DNA of 64,000 nucleotides, taken from the NCBI GenBank assembly GCA_030390025.1, contig CM059433.1, positions 30,444,001 to 30,508,000 on the forward strand, in the 5' to 3' direction. Position numbers and translations under genes: made by a program. This stretch comes from Squalus acanthias (Eukaryota). Positions 1 to 12,624 of this stretch are shown here, in pieces (within the stretch, counting starts at the first letter, position 1; every line of letters begins with the position of its first letter). The notes below the pieces were generated by a model. The model made no database searches and was not told the DNA's origin. It saw only the letters and a program-made list of their open reading frames with translations.

Positions 1-310
1 GGCCTGTTCCGCCATTCAATTAGATCACGGCTGATCTGTATCTTAACTTCATCTACCAGCCTTGGTTCCGTAACCCTTAATACCCTTGCCTAACAAAAAT
101 CTATCGATCTCAGTTTTGAGATTTTCAATTGACCCCCAGCCTCAACAGCTTTTTGGGGGAGAGAGTTCCAGATTTCCACTACCCTTTGTGTGAAGAAGTG
201 CTTCATCACCCCTGCACGGCCTAGCTCTAATTTTAAGGTTATGCCCCCTTGTTCTGGACTCCCCCGCCAGAGGAAATAGTTTCTCTCTATTTATCCTATC
301 AGCTCCTAAT
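1..310 (-). mobile_element. CR1 LINE 3' fragment
   Basis: Reverse complement matches the 3' end of the CR1 RT and 3' UTR seen at 37530-38065 and 59680-60030. Confidence 0.85.
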
Positions 311-1591
311 TAAAGCCTAATGCTCAGTTGTGAGTTGGCATGTTGCGTCTTCAAACAGATGTCAGGTATATGGTGTGCCTGTTATTTATTCATTTCCCAC
401 AATCTAGTAAGAAAAGCCAACCATTTGAGTCTTGCGGTTGTTACTAAAACGTCTGGACTCAGTGAGCAGAGTTTGAGTGTTTGTGCATCACTGTATGTGC
501 CGTTAAACTCTAATAGCACGTTGTTCTTTGCCCATACATTCCAACGGGCCTACCTTTTCATCTATACTTATGTAAAATTACATTGGATTACACAGGATAT
601 GCAGCACAGAAACAGGCCATTTGGCCCAACCAGTCCATGCCGGCGTTTATGCTCCATTTGAGCCTCCTCTGTCTTTCCTCATCTAAATCTATCAGCATAA
701 CCCTCTATTCCCTTCTCCCTCATATGCTTATCTAACCGCCCCTTAAATGCATCTATACTATTTGCTTCAACCACTCCCTGTGGTGGCGAGTTCCACATTC
801 TCACCACTCTTTGGGTAAAGAGGTTTCCTCTGAATTCCCTATTGGATTTCTTGGTAACTATCTTATATTGATGGCCTCTAGTTTTGCTCTTCCCCACAAG
901 TGGAAACATTCTCTCTGTATCCACTCTATCAAAACCTTTCATAATTTTAAAGACCTCTATTAGGTCACCCCTCAGCCTTTTTTCAACAGAAAAGAGACCC
1001 AGCCTGTTCATCCTTTCCTGATATGTATACCCTCGCATTTCTGGTATTATCCTTGTAAATCTTCTCTGCACCCTCTCCAGTGCCTCTATATCCTTTTTAT
1101 AATATGGCAACCAGAACTGAACGCAGTACTCTAAGTGTGGTCTAACCAAGGTTCGATACAGGTTTAGCATAACTTCCCTACCTTTCAATTCTATCCCTCT
1201 AGAAATAAACCCTAGTGTTTGGTTTCCTTTTTTTTATAGCATTGCTAACCTGCGTCGCAACTTTTAGTGATTTGTGTATTTGTACTCCGAGATCCCTTTG
1301 TTCCTCTACCCCAACTAGACTCGCACCCTCCAAGTAATAAGTGACCTCCTTCTTCCTACCAAAATGTAATACCTCACATTTTTCTGTGTTGAACTTCATT
1401 TGCCAAATATTTGCCCATTCTGCAAGTTTATAAATGTAATTTGTTGCAGTCCTCCTCAGTATTGACTATCTCCCCCAATTTGGTGTCATCCGCAAATTTA
1501 GAAATTTTGTTTTTGATTCCAAAATCTAAATCATTAATGTAAATTGTGAACAGCAGTGGTCCCAGCACTGATCCTTGTGGAACACCACTAC

Positions 1592-3348
1592 TGTAGGCTT
1601 CGCAAAATCCCCCAGAAACTCGAACAGAACCCTAAAAGGGGTGATTCTTGGATTTTTTTATACAAATTTGGGATGATGGGACCTAAGTGAAGTGATTTGA
1701 GGTAAAAACCTCAGTTTTGGACATTCTTAAGGATCAGGGAAGAAAACCCCTGAGGAAAATGACTTTGGATATTTTACTATTGGGAAAAAACACCTTTCAC
1801 AGAGACAAGACAGGCTGTGGAGGGGTGTGGCGAGGCAGTGGACAGCTTTTGGTTATTGGGGCCCAGTCAAGCTGTCTGGAGAATGTTTGCACTGCAATCC
1901 AACCAGGGAGGAAGAGCCTGACCCAAAACCTCATATACACATCCAAATATGAATAATCCAAGACCCCTTTTGAATATCCCCAGGCCCAAACAGGATGCTA
2001 GAAGCCTGAAAAAAATAAAACATCCAGTACACCCATCACCCCATCAAAACCAATCAGCCAAGTATCTACAGGGACAGATTAACAAGCCCGCCAAAAATTA
2101 AGACAAAGCGGGCGAGATTTGGCGCGTAGATAAAGGCCCTGCCTAAACGGAAGACATCGGAAGCCATCAGGACAAGTAAACATAAAGTTGAAGCCATCAA
2201 AACTTAACGAGCCCGCCAAAACCTAAGACAATGGGCCTGAAACAGTATAATTGAGGGCCTATTCCCCCAGCACACACAGCAAGCTACTCACAACTACAGA
2301 GGGCCACATGACACGAGCAGGAGGAGGAGAGAAGCAACAAGGCCACGAGGCAGACCCGGGGCGAGATCGGAGGCAAGGACAGACAAGGCCAGGCAAGGGC
2401 TAAAGCTGAGACCACTGGGAGCGAGTCGGCATCGCTCAGCACACGGTCCAGCACTAACAGCCACTAGCCAAGGTCACTGGAGGCTGGGAGCGAGTCGGCA
2501 TCGCTCAACCCACGGTCCAACCCCAGAAGGTACCGCCCCGACAGACCTCCAACGCAACCAGTTGACCGCCAGAGCCACCAAGGGCTCCACGAGGTAGACC
2601 ACCATTCAAAAATACCGCGGGGACCAAGGCCCCGTGCAACGACCAACCACCAGGACCTTCAGATCATTACCACCACTCAGGTAATGATATAGGCCGCTGC
2701 GACCGAGCCGACACCAAAGACCACCAACCGGACCCCAACCACAACAAAACTCGACGACCAGACCACCATTGGAAGAACAGAACCCGAAGTTTCCACTCTA
2801 CAAGATAAAGTACCCAACAAAGACTTTACTTTCCCTATTTCTAACGAAGAAAAGTGGGTACTTACCAGACAGATCCACAACCGCGCCCCACCCAACTGAG
2901 GAGCCCTCGCAGATTTCACAGACCGGTACCACGTGGGAACGGCAGGCCCCAAAGGACAAAAAGAGAGTATCCCAAAATCGCAATCAACTTACCTGGCTGG
3001 ATTTCGAACTGTCAAAACCCCCGTTTGGTGAGCATTATCCCTGATCTCCTGAAACCGAAACCTAGCTAGATAGTGGGATTTTTGGGAGGGATAAGGTTTT
3101 TTTTGTATATTGTCATTCTCCCTCGCCTGTACCGTGTGTTCCCCAACCTGTTTAAGTGTTAAGTGTGTTTTAAGTTTGTTACCTTTTTCTTTTAATAAAG
3201 TCAAAATTCTTTCATCAGAACCTGTTGTCTACTGCATCTTTATTCACAACCCCTAAATAAGTCCAAGGTCTAGAACCAGGGGCGTGGGAGCGATTCGAAC
3301 CGCTCACTGAGTCAGAGGTGAGACTGACCCCACACACCACCCCCTACA
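1592..3348 (+). mobile_element. Solo LTR of an LTR retrotransposon or endogenous retrovirus (1757 bp)
   Basis: Ends TGTAGG...CCTACA (TG..CA, 6-bp inverted); 4-bp flanks CTAC/CTGC; AATAAA at 3194; internal direct repeats; interrupts a CR1 RT. Confidence 0.75.
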
Positions 3349-3628
3349 CTGCTGCCACTGTGAATAGCTACCCTTTACCCCTACTCTCTGCTTTCAGTCT
3401 TGAAGCCAGCTAACTATCCATTCTGCTACTTGTCCCCTGACTCCGCATTCTCTGACTTTGTTCATCAGTCTATTATGGGGTACCTTATTGAAGGCTTTTT
3501 GAAAATCTAGATAAATTCCATCTACTGCATTACCATTGTCTACTCTCTCTGTTACCTCTTCAAAAAATTCAATGAGGTTGGTCAAGCAAAACTTTCCCTT
3601 TTGAAATCCATGCTGTCTAGTACTTATT

Positions 3629-4372
3629 GGGCCAAAAATTGATGCCGCTACGCGAGAGTACGCACTGCGTACTCTCGCGTATTCTCTCTCCAATTGCCGG
3701 TTTTCTGCATGCACTGCGCATGCGCTGAAAACCGGCACTTGGTTTTTGGAAAAGGGGGCGGTTCCTCGGTGCACCGTGTGCGCGCTACAGGCTGCGCGCA
3801 CGCTGTGCACTTAGTGCTTTGGACGCGCAGGTAAGGACGGAAGATTTTAGAAATGAAAAAAGGAGGAGTAAGACCCACTTTTAACAAGGTAAGTAGTGAA
3901 TTAAGTATTATTTTGAATTTTTTTTAACAGGTATATCTTTTTTAGAGACTTTAAAGACAGGTAAGTTTATTTTTATAACTTTTTAAAAGATTTTTAATTT
4001 TTTCAAAAATTTAATTTTTTATTTAAAATGGTTAATTTATTTAACTAAAATTATTTTATTAATGTGATGGTTTTTAAAAAAAAATTAATTGAGGTTTAGC
4101 TGTTATTTTGGGGGTGTGTAAGATTCATAGCTTTCACAGCACGTATGTGAAACTTATGAATGGAAGATGGTGTGCTGCCATTGGCTCTAACTGAGTCACG
4201 TGATCCCACAGCTCGCACGAATTCACTACGCCGGTGGGATATGCAAGCACTGCCCAGCTGATGTCTAGAACATCAAGTTCGTGCGAGCTGGATCTGAAAA
4301 AGCCAACGCGGAGTGAGAGATCGCGCCTGCTCCTTACCCCCGCGGGAACAGAGCGAGATCAATTTCTGGGCC
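3629..4372 (+). mobile_element. PIF/Harbinger-type MITE, family A
   Basis: TIRs GGGCCAAAAATTGAT / ATCAATTTCTGGGCC; 3-bp TSD ATT on both sides; CpG-rich arms and AT-rich core; no coding capacity. Confidence 0.85.
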
Positions 4373-5770
4373 ATTATATTTTTGGTTTCTAGATGTTCTT
4401 CTATTTTCTCCTTTAGTAGGGATTCCATTATTTTTCCTACCACCGATGTTAAGCTGACTGTCTATAATTCCCTGGACATGTTCTATCCCCCTTCTTGAAT
4501 ATAGGTATTACGTTAGCTATCCGCCAGTCCTCTGGCACTACACCTTTTTCTAACGAATTATTAAATATGTGTAGTAATGCCTCTGCTATCTCTTCCCTAG
4601 ATTCTTTTAAAATGTGTGGATGCAATCCATCCAGAGCAGGGGTTTTATCCTCTTTGAGTTTGATTAGTTTATTTAATATATACTCTCTCTTTATTTTAAA
4701 TGCACTTATCTCATTACTAATCTCATCATCCAATGTCATGTCCACCTGCTCTATCTCCCTGGTAAATACTGAAGCAAAATAATTATTTAATATTTCTGCC
4801 ATCTCTCTGAGGCAGAATCCCTGTGGTATTCTCCTGTCTTAATGGCCCTATTCCCATCCCAACCTTCCTTTTCTTAGTGATGTGCCTGTAAAATATTTTA
4901 CTATTTTGTTTTATGTTCCTTGATAATTTAATTTAATAGTTCCTCTTTGCCTCCCTAATTGTTTTTTTTTACTTTTCTCCTAATCTCTTCGTATTCTCCC
5001 ATATCATGCACTCCTCTGCTGTCTATGTACTTAATGTTTGCCTCTTTCCTTACCCTCAACTGAACACCATTTTAAATGTTTCCCATTGCTGTTCTACATC
5101 GTTGTTTGCCAATATTGTTGCCCATTTTATTTTCCCAAGTTCTATTCTCAGCCCCTTAAAATGTATCCTGCCAGTCAGCAGACACTGGATGGCAGTACAG
5201 GAACATGTCAGGATAATACTGAGGTACGCAATAGTGCTACTGCTTCCCTCTTAGCTAAAAGATAAGGCCTCAAATTACAGATGTACACCGACAAAGAGTT
5301 TACTTTACTTCTCCCTTTCTGTTAATGATCAAGCAGGCTTATAAAAATGAAATGTTTTGACAAGTCTACTTATATTCATTATATATTTTAATATGTTGCT
5401 GAAAGTAACGCATTAAAAAAAATCCATGGCACTACTAATTTGCTGAACAAATTTTAATTTCCTTAATTTGATATAATCATACAAATTTAATTTTATACTG
5501 TCTCAATCGGTGAGTCAGTGCTCCCACACCTCCTAACTGTAGCAAATGTCTAGTCAATGAATCTTTAATGAGTTGGCTTTGACAATGCTTTGCTGCTCTA
5601 TTGGGAAGTAGAGGTGACGTTTGTGAGACAGCAATGTAGCACCTTGCCACTCCTTTTATGCCTAAACTGTTCGGAAAGAATCACACTCAAAAAACTAATT
5701 CCAGTTGTTTGAAAACTGATGTACAAGCCGAGGCAAGGATCAATGTTGAAAGCAGAGAGGAAGAGGATGT

Positions 5771-5996
5771 GATAGCAAAATACTGCGGATGCTGGAAATC
5801 CGAAATAACAGCAGAAAACGCTGGAAAAACTCAGCAGGCCAGGCAGCATCCGTGGAGAGAGAAACAGAGTTAATGTTTCAGGTCGAAGACCTTTCTGTTC
5901 TGACGAAAGGTCTTCGACCTGAAACGTTAACTCTGTTTCTCTCTCCACGGATGCTGCCTGGCCTGCTGAGTTTTTCCAGCGTTTTCTGTTGTTATT
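5771..5996. mobile_element. Fold-back Penelope-like element fragment (pseudo-LTR with inverted copy)
   Basis: About 92-bp inverted arms (5804-5895 / 5905-5996); 14-bp TSD GAGGAAGAGGATGT (5757-5770, 5997-6010); same sequence as the terminus of the GIY-YIG-bearing element at 29580-30180. Confidence 0.8.
5897..5931 (+). ncRNA. Minimal type I hammerhead ribozyme motif
   Basis: GTT-CTGACGA-A-AGGTC(TTC)GACCT-GAAAC-GTT-AAC: catalytic boxes CUGANGA and GAAA, stem II, palindromic AACGTT stem III, short stem I. Confidence 0.65.
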
Positions 5997-6655
5997 GAGG
6001 AAGAGGATGTTTCTGACGAGAGGTCCTTGCAAACAATTCGGAGTACGTGTCGTCATATAACGACACGTCACATATTGCAGACCTCTCAGTAAGGGTTATG
6101 ATAACTGTCAGACCTCTGGTATGTGTGAGGGATTACTGTAAGTAGAAATATAAGTAAACAAAGACAAATTCTGGCCAAAATGCTGTTGCGGCTTGCGATT
6201 ATTGCTTGACCTACCAGCGAATTGATAAGGATTTAATGAAGTGCTTGCACCTAAGAAGGATATCACAGAAATGATCACACTCTCTGCAAAATTTAACCCA
6301 TCCTTCTCCAAGCTTGCTGCTATGTTGTTGAAAATTAATCTCATCAAAAAGCAATGAGATATATGGGGAAGATTTCCTCAGATTGCTGTGTGTCATGGTG
6401 ATTATAAGGGAAGATATCCTCTGGTTGCTAGTTTTAATCAAATTGTAAGCATATTTCATGATCTTGCTCACATTTTAATCAAGGATTAACGTTGTAACCA
6501 AACAAAACATTCCCTTCATTTGTTTAACAAGAGTCAAAACTGCAAAAAGGGATAAAGGAATCTAACCCTTATTTTTAATCTTTGAAAGTGAGGAAGGCAG
6601 AATTTTGACAAAACAGAGATGCCAATGCTGGAATGTTTTTCTGCCAATAACATAC

Positions 6656-6704
6656 CTTAAATGAACGAAATGCCATCAATGCGGCTTTACTGCAGGCTTT
6701 TAAA
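6656..6704 (-). CDS. Candidate 49-bp exon of an unidentified host transcript
   Basis: Non-repetitive sequence with acceptor ttttttgccttcag and donor AAG|gtatgt; open frame LKACSKAALMAFRSFK; no recognisable homology. Confidence 0.25.
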
Positions 6705-7090
6705 CTGAAGGCAAAAAAATAGCTACAATGCTTACTCAGCATTTTCCACAATCTAGGTCCATTTTCCATAAATGTTATAAAATTAAATAAAAATGTAAGT
6801 TGGTTGTGGCAACAAAATATCTGCATGACAGGATAACTCTACAGCATGAACTCCTGAAACCAAAGTGGCTGTTAGGGACTGATCATGTCATTAGGACTAA
6901 TTGTTTAAGAGACACTGTCCAGGCAAGGTTCAGATATAAAATCAGTAAAGTTTACGTTCAATATTGCTCCTTTAGACCTCTCGCCCACAAAGTATGGAAC
7001 ACCCCCTACAGCGCCTGTGCAATACTGGCATCCTTCTGGTCTCGCTTAGTGAGACTGGCCAAGTTAAGGACAATTTGGGCTAAATTCATG

Positions 7091-7800
7091 GGGCTAAAAA
7101 TTTGTGTTTGCCACGAAAGTTGCCGGTGTCACTGACAACTGGAGTTAATGGCCGCCGAAAATGTCCGCCACACTAAACCGAGTAAATTCATCTGTGGGGC
7201 TGGAGAATGGTGGCGCAGCGCTAACCTTGCGTGCAACGCCCTCCTGGTGGCATTAGTGGAGACCTCCGAGACGAAGTTCCAGTCTTGAAGTACAGTTCGA
7301 GCTTCGCTCAGCTTCTGGGAGCGAGGCTGTGGAGCTCGCAAGGAATTGTGGGTACTTAAAAGGGCTATGAATTAAAGGGTGAAGGTATCAAGAGGAGAGC
7401 CGGGCAGATGGATCGCGGCCGGCACCCCGCAGCAGGAGGCCAGAGGGGGCAGGTGCTGGCAGACAGCCCCCCCAAAAAAAGGCCGCCCGGCACCTGCCCT
7501 TTAATTATCGCCGCCCTGGCTGCAAAAATGCCCCCCTGACCCTGTTGGACATAGCGTCCGGTGGTAGGTCAGGGGGCGCGAGCCAAGTTTGCGGCCGGGG
7601 CGCGAGTGCGGCGCTGTGCACGGCGATGAAATCGTCGCCAGAGGCGCAGCGCCGCGGTGCGCTACCGGCTACCGCCACCGCTAACCTCCCGCTGGATTTC
7701 ACGGGAGGTGTTAGCGGTGCCGCGCCCGAGCACTAGTTGCTTTGCGCCCCGTTAGCGCCCCCTTCTAACGGGAGGCATAAAGCAACCAAATTTTTCCCCC
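7091..7800 (+). mobile_element. PIF/Harbinger-type MITE related to family B
   Basis: TIRs GGGCTAAAAATTTG / CAAATTTTTCCCCC; right arm similar to 22860-22944; TTAGCG motifs; CpG-rich; TSD not clean. Confidence 0.7.
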
Positions 7801-7941
7801 TAAGGTTTCAGCCCTTACTGCCTTTCAAAAATCTTTTTGAACAGTATAAAGAAGATTATTCAAATGGAATTATTCAGCTCTTAAAGCTGAATTCCTTTCT
7901 GAATCTCAATAAATGGGAAAAGTGCTTCAGCACTAACACAA

Positions 7942-8570
7942 ATAGCTCATCAAGCCAGGGAAGGGGCACACAGGGTCTTGCATGCAGCACTCCAGGGGGT
8001 CAACACTGCAAGACTGGTCCTCTACCCACAGGGGCCAGGAGGCCCTCCAGAAAGAACACATCACCAAGGCCATCACTGCCAGCGATGCCATCCCCACCAT
8101 CTAGCTCTAGTGCCCAAAGAAGCTTCATGACCTCGGACCAGTGGTCAAGGTCAGTGAATGCATCTTCAAAAGCTGTCTCCTAACAACTGCACCACTAGCC
8201 TCACACACTGCTCAATCCACAACCCCCCACTCCCAATCACTCACCTACCAACAATCTGCACCAATCACGAGGCACATCTCCCATTCCTAGCCTCACCTCA
8301 CCTCCTTGGAGGAGACGGTGCAGGCCATTCTTGGCAGGGGTATGGCTGAGCCCTTGGCCAGCAGCTGGGCAGAAAGGATACAAGATGCTGGTATCCTCAG
8401 ACATTATCCTCCTTCTCGCATGCACCTCTTGCTTTCCCACCCTCCCCTCACCACAACTCCACCCTTGTGCCTTCCTCATTTCACACACCCAAGAAATGCA
8501 GCCTTCCCAGCCAGAGGTTGACCAAGAAGAGGGAGAAGAGAATGAAGAAAAAGAAAAAGACTGATTTGAC
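7942..8570 (+). pseudogene. Decayed Harbinger Myb/SANT-like DNA-binding protein gene
   Basis: Translation across indels AHQAREGAHRVLHAALQ...VLYPQG/ARRPSRK...AIPTI*L*CPKKLHDLGPVVK|gtcagt resembles the Myb/SANT (RAPRFS...W.QC.KK..DL) domain; acidic segment downstream; stops and frameshifts. Confidence 0.6.
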
Positions 8571-8879
8571 ACTCCAGCTCCTCAAGGTCAACCAACAAGT
8601 CCATTTGCAGTGTCCCCCATTGAAAGTCAGCAGCCTTCCACCAGCCATGCTGCAGCCACTGGGGTAGCACCACGTGACTTCAGTAGGATAGGAAAAGGTA
8701 CACACAAGACAGTCACTAAGAGAATGCATGATTTCTTGGTGTCACATTGAATAAAGTTGGATTGGGAAGTTTGCTTTGTGGTGGCTTTTATTTCAGCATC
8801 ATGGCCAAGAGGATACTGTGATGGTCAGTAACAGAGGGAAGGTAAGATGTGGAACTAATGTTGAAAGGGGAATTGAGGT

Positions 8880-9641
8880 TGTGTTCACTGGTACCACAGG
8901 CGGATGATTCCACCCTGGATATCCCGGCCACAAATGGGCTGTCTGGGTTGCATCCTTCCATCTGATTCCTCCTCTTTGGCTTCTTCCTCTTCTGTGTCTT
9001 CCTCTTCCCTCTGTGAGCGAATGCTTTAAATCTGAAATGACAGCATAAAAATCTGGAAATACTCAGCAGGTCAGGCAGCATCTTGACCTGAGACATTAAC
9101 TCTGTTTCGCTTGCAACGGACGTTGCCTGACCTGCTGAGTATTGCAGCATTTTCTGTCTTCTCAGAGGCCTTCCTTTACCATCCGAGGCCTTTCAAGCAT
9201 TCAGCAGCACTCCCTACACACTTAAAAAAACTTTTATCATCTATTGCAGCAAGTCACTACTTCAATAAAATCAAGAAAACCCAGTCCAAAAGCTTAAATC
9301 CAAACTTACCTGAATGATGTGCGTGTCCCTTTAAGAGGTGTTGACATCGCCACTGTCAGCCTGCTTGCACGGCAGGTTAACCTGGCATGCTTAGGGCCCA
9401 GCGCTGAATTCAGCGCTGGGGTCGAAGTTCGGATTGGTGATAAGTCGGCGTTGCATGCCGATTCACGTCACCACGCTGCCATTTTTTTCTCCAGAGCACT
9501 GCCAGTTACCGGCAGCACAAAGGGAACGTTGATAATGGAGGATGCCGCGGGACCTGCCACCAGCTGGTGAAAGAGCGACAGCTGCTCTTTCACCATTTTT
9601 TGCCGGTAACAGGTGGTGTAAAGCCCTCAAATTTTTCACCC
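8880..9641 (-). mobile_element. Harbinger remnant: transposase C-terminus and terminal region
   Basis: Minus strand EEDTEEEEAKEEESDGRMQPRQPICGRDIQGGIIRLWYQ* resembles the acidic tail of Harbinger transposases; convergent with the Myb remnant; TIR-like CAAATTTTTCACCC ends at 9641. Confidence 0.45.
9030..9162. mobile_element. Degenerate fold-back Penelope-like pseudo-LTR fragment
   Basis: Inverted arms ATACTCAGCAGGTCAGGCA / TGCCTGACCTGCTGAGTAT; same family as 5771-5996; hammerhead core deleted. Confidence 0.65.
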
Positions 9642-9644
9642 AAA

Positions 9645-12080
9645 GAACCTTACAGCACAGAAGGAGACCATTCGGCCCATCATGCCTGTGCCGGCTCTTT
9701 GAAAGAGCTATCCAATTCATCACAATCCTCTGCTCTTTCCCATAGCCCTGCATTTTTTTTTCCTTTTCAAGTATACATCCAGTTCCCATTTGAAAGTTAC
9801 TATTGAATCTGCTTCCACAATCTTTCAGGCAGTGCGTAACAACTTGCGGCATAAAAAAAAGTCTCCTCATCACCCTTCTGGTTCTTCTGCCAATTATCAT
9901 AAGAACATAATAGGAGCAGGAGTAGGCCATTCGGCCCTTCGAGCCTGCTCCGCTTTTCAATAAGATCATGGCTGATCTTCTACCTCAACTCCACCTTCCT
10001 GCACTATCCCCATATCCCTTGGTTCTCTTAGTATCCAAAAATCTATCGATCTCTGTCTTGAATATACGTAATGACTGAGCCTCCACAACCCTCTGGGGTA
10101 GACAATTCCAAAGATTCACAACCATTTGAGAGAAGAAATTTCTCCTAATCTCAGTCCTTATTCTGAGACTGTGACCCCTAGTTCTAGACTCCCCAACCAG
10201 GGAAAACATCCTACCAGCATCTACCCTATCAAGCCCCTTAAGAATTTTATATGTTTCCATGAGATCACCTCTCATTCTTCTAAACTCTAGGGAATATAAG
10301 CCTAGTCCACTCAATCTCTCCTCATAGGACAACCCCCCATCCCAGGAATCAGTCTAATGAACCTTCATTGCACTCCCTCTAAGTCAAGTATATACTTCCT
10401 TAGGTAAGGAGATCAAAACTGTACACAATACTCCAGCTGTTGTCTCACCAAGGTCCTATATAATTGCAATAGGACTTCTTTACTCATATACTCAAATCCT
10501 TTTGTAATAAAGGCCAACATACCATTTGCTTTCCTAATTGCTTGCTGTACCTGCATGTTAGCTTTCTGTGATTTGTGTACAAGGGTACTCAGGTCCCACT
10601 GAATACCAAGATTTCTAAATCTCTCACCATTTAAAAAATATTCTATTTTTCCTACCAAAGTGGATAACTTCACATTTCTTCTCATTATATTGCACTTGCC
10701 ATGTTCTTGCCCACTCACCTTACCGGTCTATATCCCTTTGCAGGCTCTTTGCATCCTCCTCACAACTTATTTTCACACCTAGCTTTGAATCAACATCAAA
10801 CTTGGATACATTACACCTGGTCCCTTCGTCTAAGTCATTAATATAGATTGTAAATAGCTGAGACCCAAGCACTGATCCTTGCGGTACCCCACTAGTTACA
10901 GCCTGCCAACCCGAAAAGACCCATTTATTCCTACTCTCTATTTTCTGTCCGTTAACCATTCCTCAATCCATGCTAATATATTACCCCACAATCCCATGAG
11001 CCCTAATTTTCTGTATTAACCTCTTGTGTGGCACCTTATCGAATGCTTTTTGAAAATCCAAATACACTACATCCACTGGTTCCCCTTATCTACCCTGCTA
11101 ATTACAACCTCAATGAACTCTAGCAGATTTGTCAAACACGATTTCACTTTCATAAATCCGTGTTGACTCTGCCCAATCATATGATTTTCTAAGTGCCCTG
11201 TTACCATGTTACTAATAATAGATTCTACCATTTTCCCTACTACTGATGTCAGGGTAATTGATCTATAGTTCCCTGTTTTCTCTCTCACTCCTTTCTTGAA
11301 TAGAATCTGCTGGGACCATTCTAGAATCTAAGGAATTCTGGAAGATCACAACCAATGCATCCACTATCTCTGTAGCCACCTGTTTTAAAACCCTAGGATG
11401 TAGGCCATCAGGTCCAGGGGATTCGGTGGCTTATAGTCCCATTAATTCTCCAGTACTATTTCTTTACTAATACTAATTTCTTTAAGTTCCTCATTCTCAC
11501 TAGACCCTTGGTTCCCCACTATTTCCAGAATGTTTTGTGTCTTCTACCGTGAGGACAGACAAAGTATTTGTTTAATGTCTCTGCCATTTCCTTACTCCCC
11601 ATTATAATTTCTCCTGTCTCTGCCTGTAAGGGACCTACGTTTGCTTTCGCAAAACCCTTCCTTTTTACATACCTATAGAAGCTTTTAAAATCTGATTTTA
11701 TGACTCTTGCTATTTCACTCTCATATTCTCTTTTCTCTCTCTTTATCAATTTCTTGGTCATCCTTTGCTGAATTCTAAAATCCTCCCAATCTTTTGGCTT
11801 ACTACTCTTTTTGGCAACATTATAAGCCTCTTCATTTAATCTCTGTTCTCTGGTTACTGAACCCCCCCCCCCCACCCCTGCCAGTGGAATCAGTTTCTCC
11901 TGAATTACTCTATCAAAACCCTTCATAATTTTGAACACCTCTATTAAATCCTCCTTAACCTTCTCTGCTCTAAGGAGAACAATACCAGATTATCTAGTCT
12001 CGCCACATAAACCGAAGTCCCTTGTCCCTGGCACTATTCTAGTAAATCTCCTCTGCGCCCTCTCCAAGACCTTTGCATCC
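9645..12080 (-). mobile_element. Older CR1 3' fragment with a second CR1 (about 9900-11835) nested inside
   Basis: Outer element is continuous across the insert; inner element has [25 protein letters not shown] and a TAAGAACA-type tail at 9900. Confidence 0.85.
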
Positions 12081-12624
12081 TAATGCTGCTCAGCATCTAT
12101 CAGGGAATGGAGTATTCGCCTCATCAGGTTGGCTGGATTCATATCAACAATTCAACAGTAAGGGGGCATTTATATAACTAACTCAAAGCTTGATCTAATT
12201 CGCTCACACCTTAAATCTTATTCAATTCATGATTCAATGTGATAGTAAGGATACATCTGCACAAAACATGAAGCACTGCATCTAAGAGGAACAGGAAGTA
12301 TTCCTGCGAGAATGGGAAGTAGAATTTTCGAAGTTGAAAGTTTATGTAATCAATAAAGAGCTACCACAGCTATTTTTGTTTCATATAATTGTAAGACCAT
12401 TTCAGCCTATGAATAGTCTGCTGATCTAGTTAAGGAATTTCAGTGACAAAGGAATATTTTTCCACCTCACCCTGTGTGGCTTCTGCATCAAGAACCTGGA
12501 GGTCAGATACTGCATAAACCAACTACAAAGTAAAGCTCAGACTGCACTGTAGTGGTCTAACTAACATGTCTTAACACAAGTTTCAGAATCATACCCATTA
12601 TTGCACCAGTGTGAGATTTTTACT

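Larger units (their letters stand above)
575..5160 (-). mobile_element. 5'-truncated, degenerate CR1 LINE (ORF2 RT region) interrupted by a solo LTR (1592-3348) and a MITE (3629-4372)
   Basis: Minus-strand ORF pieces LVRPHLEYCVQFW, QHGFQKGKFCLTNLIEFF, YLDFQKAFNKVPH and WRIANVIPIFKKG are collinear CR1 ORF2 motifs across both insertions. Confidence 0.9.

Noticed and set aside
1717..3204. Short ORFs inside the LTR-like insert
   Set aside because: No gag, pol or env motifs; overlapping short frames are explained by base composition.
5771..5996. miRNA precursor or intrinsic terminator
   Set aside because: Arms are much longer and more perfect than a pre-miRNA; TSD-bounded and derived from a dispersed repeat.
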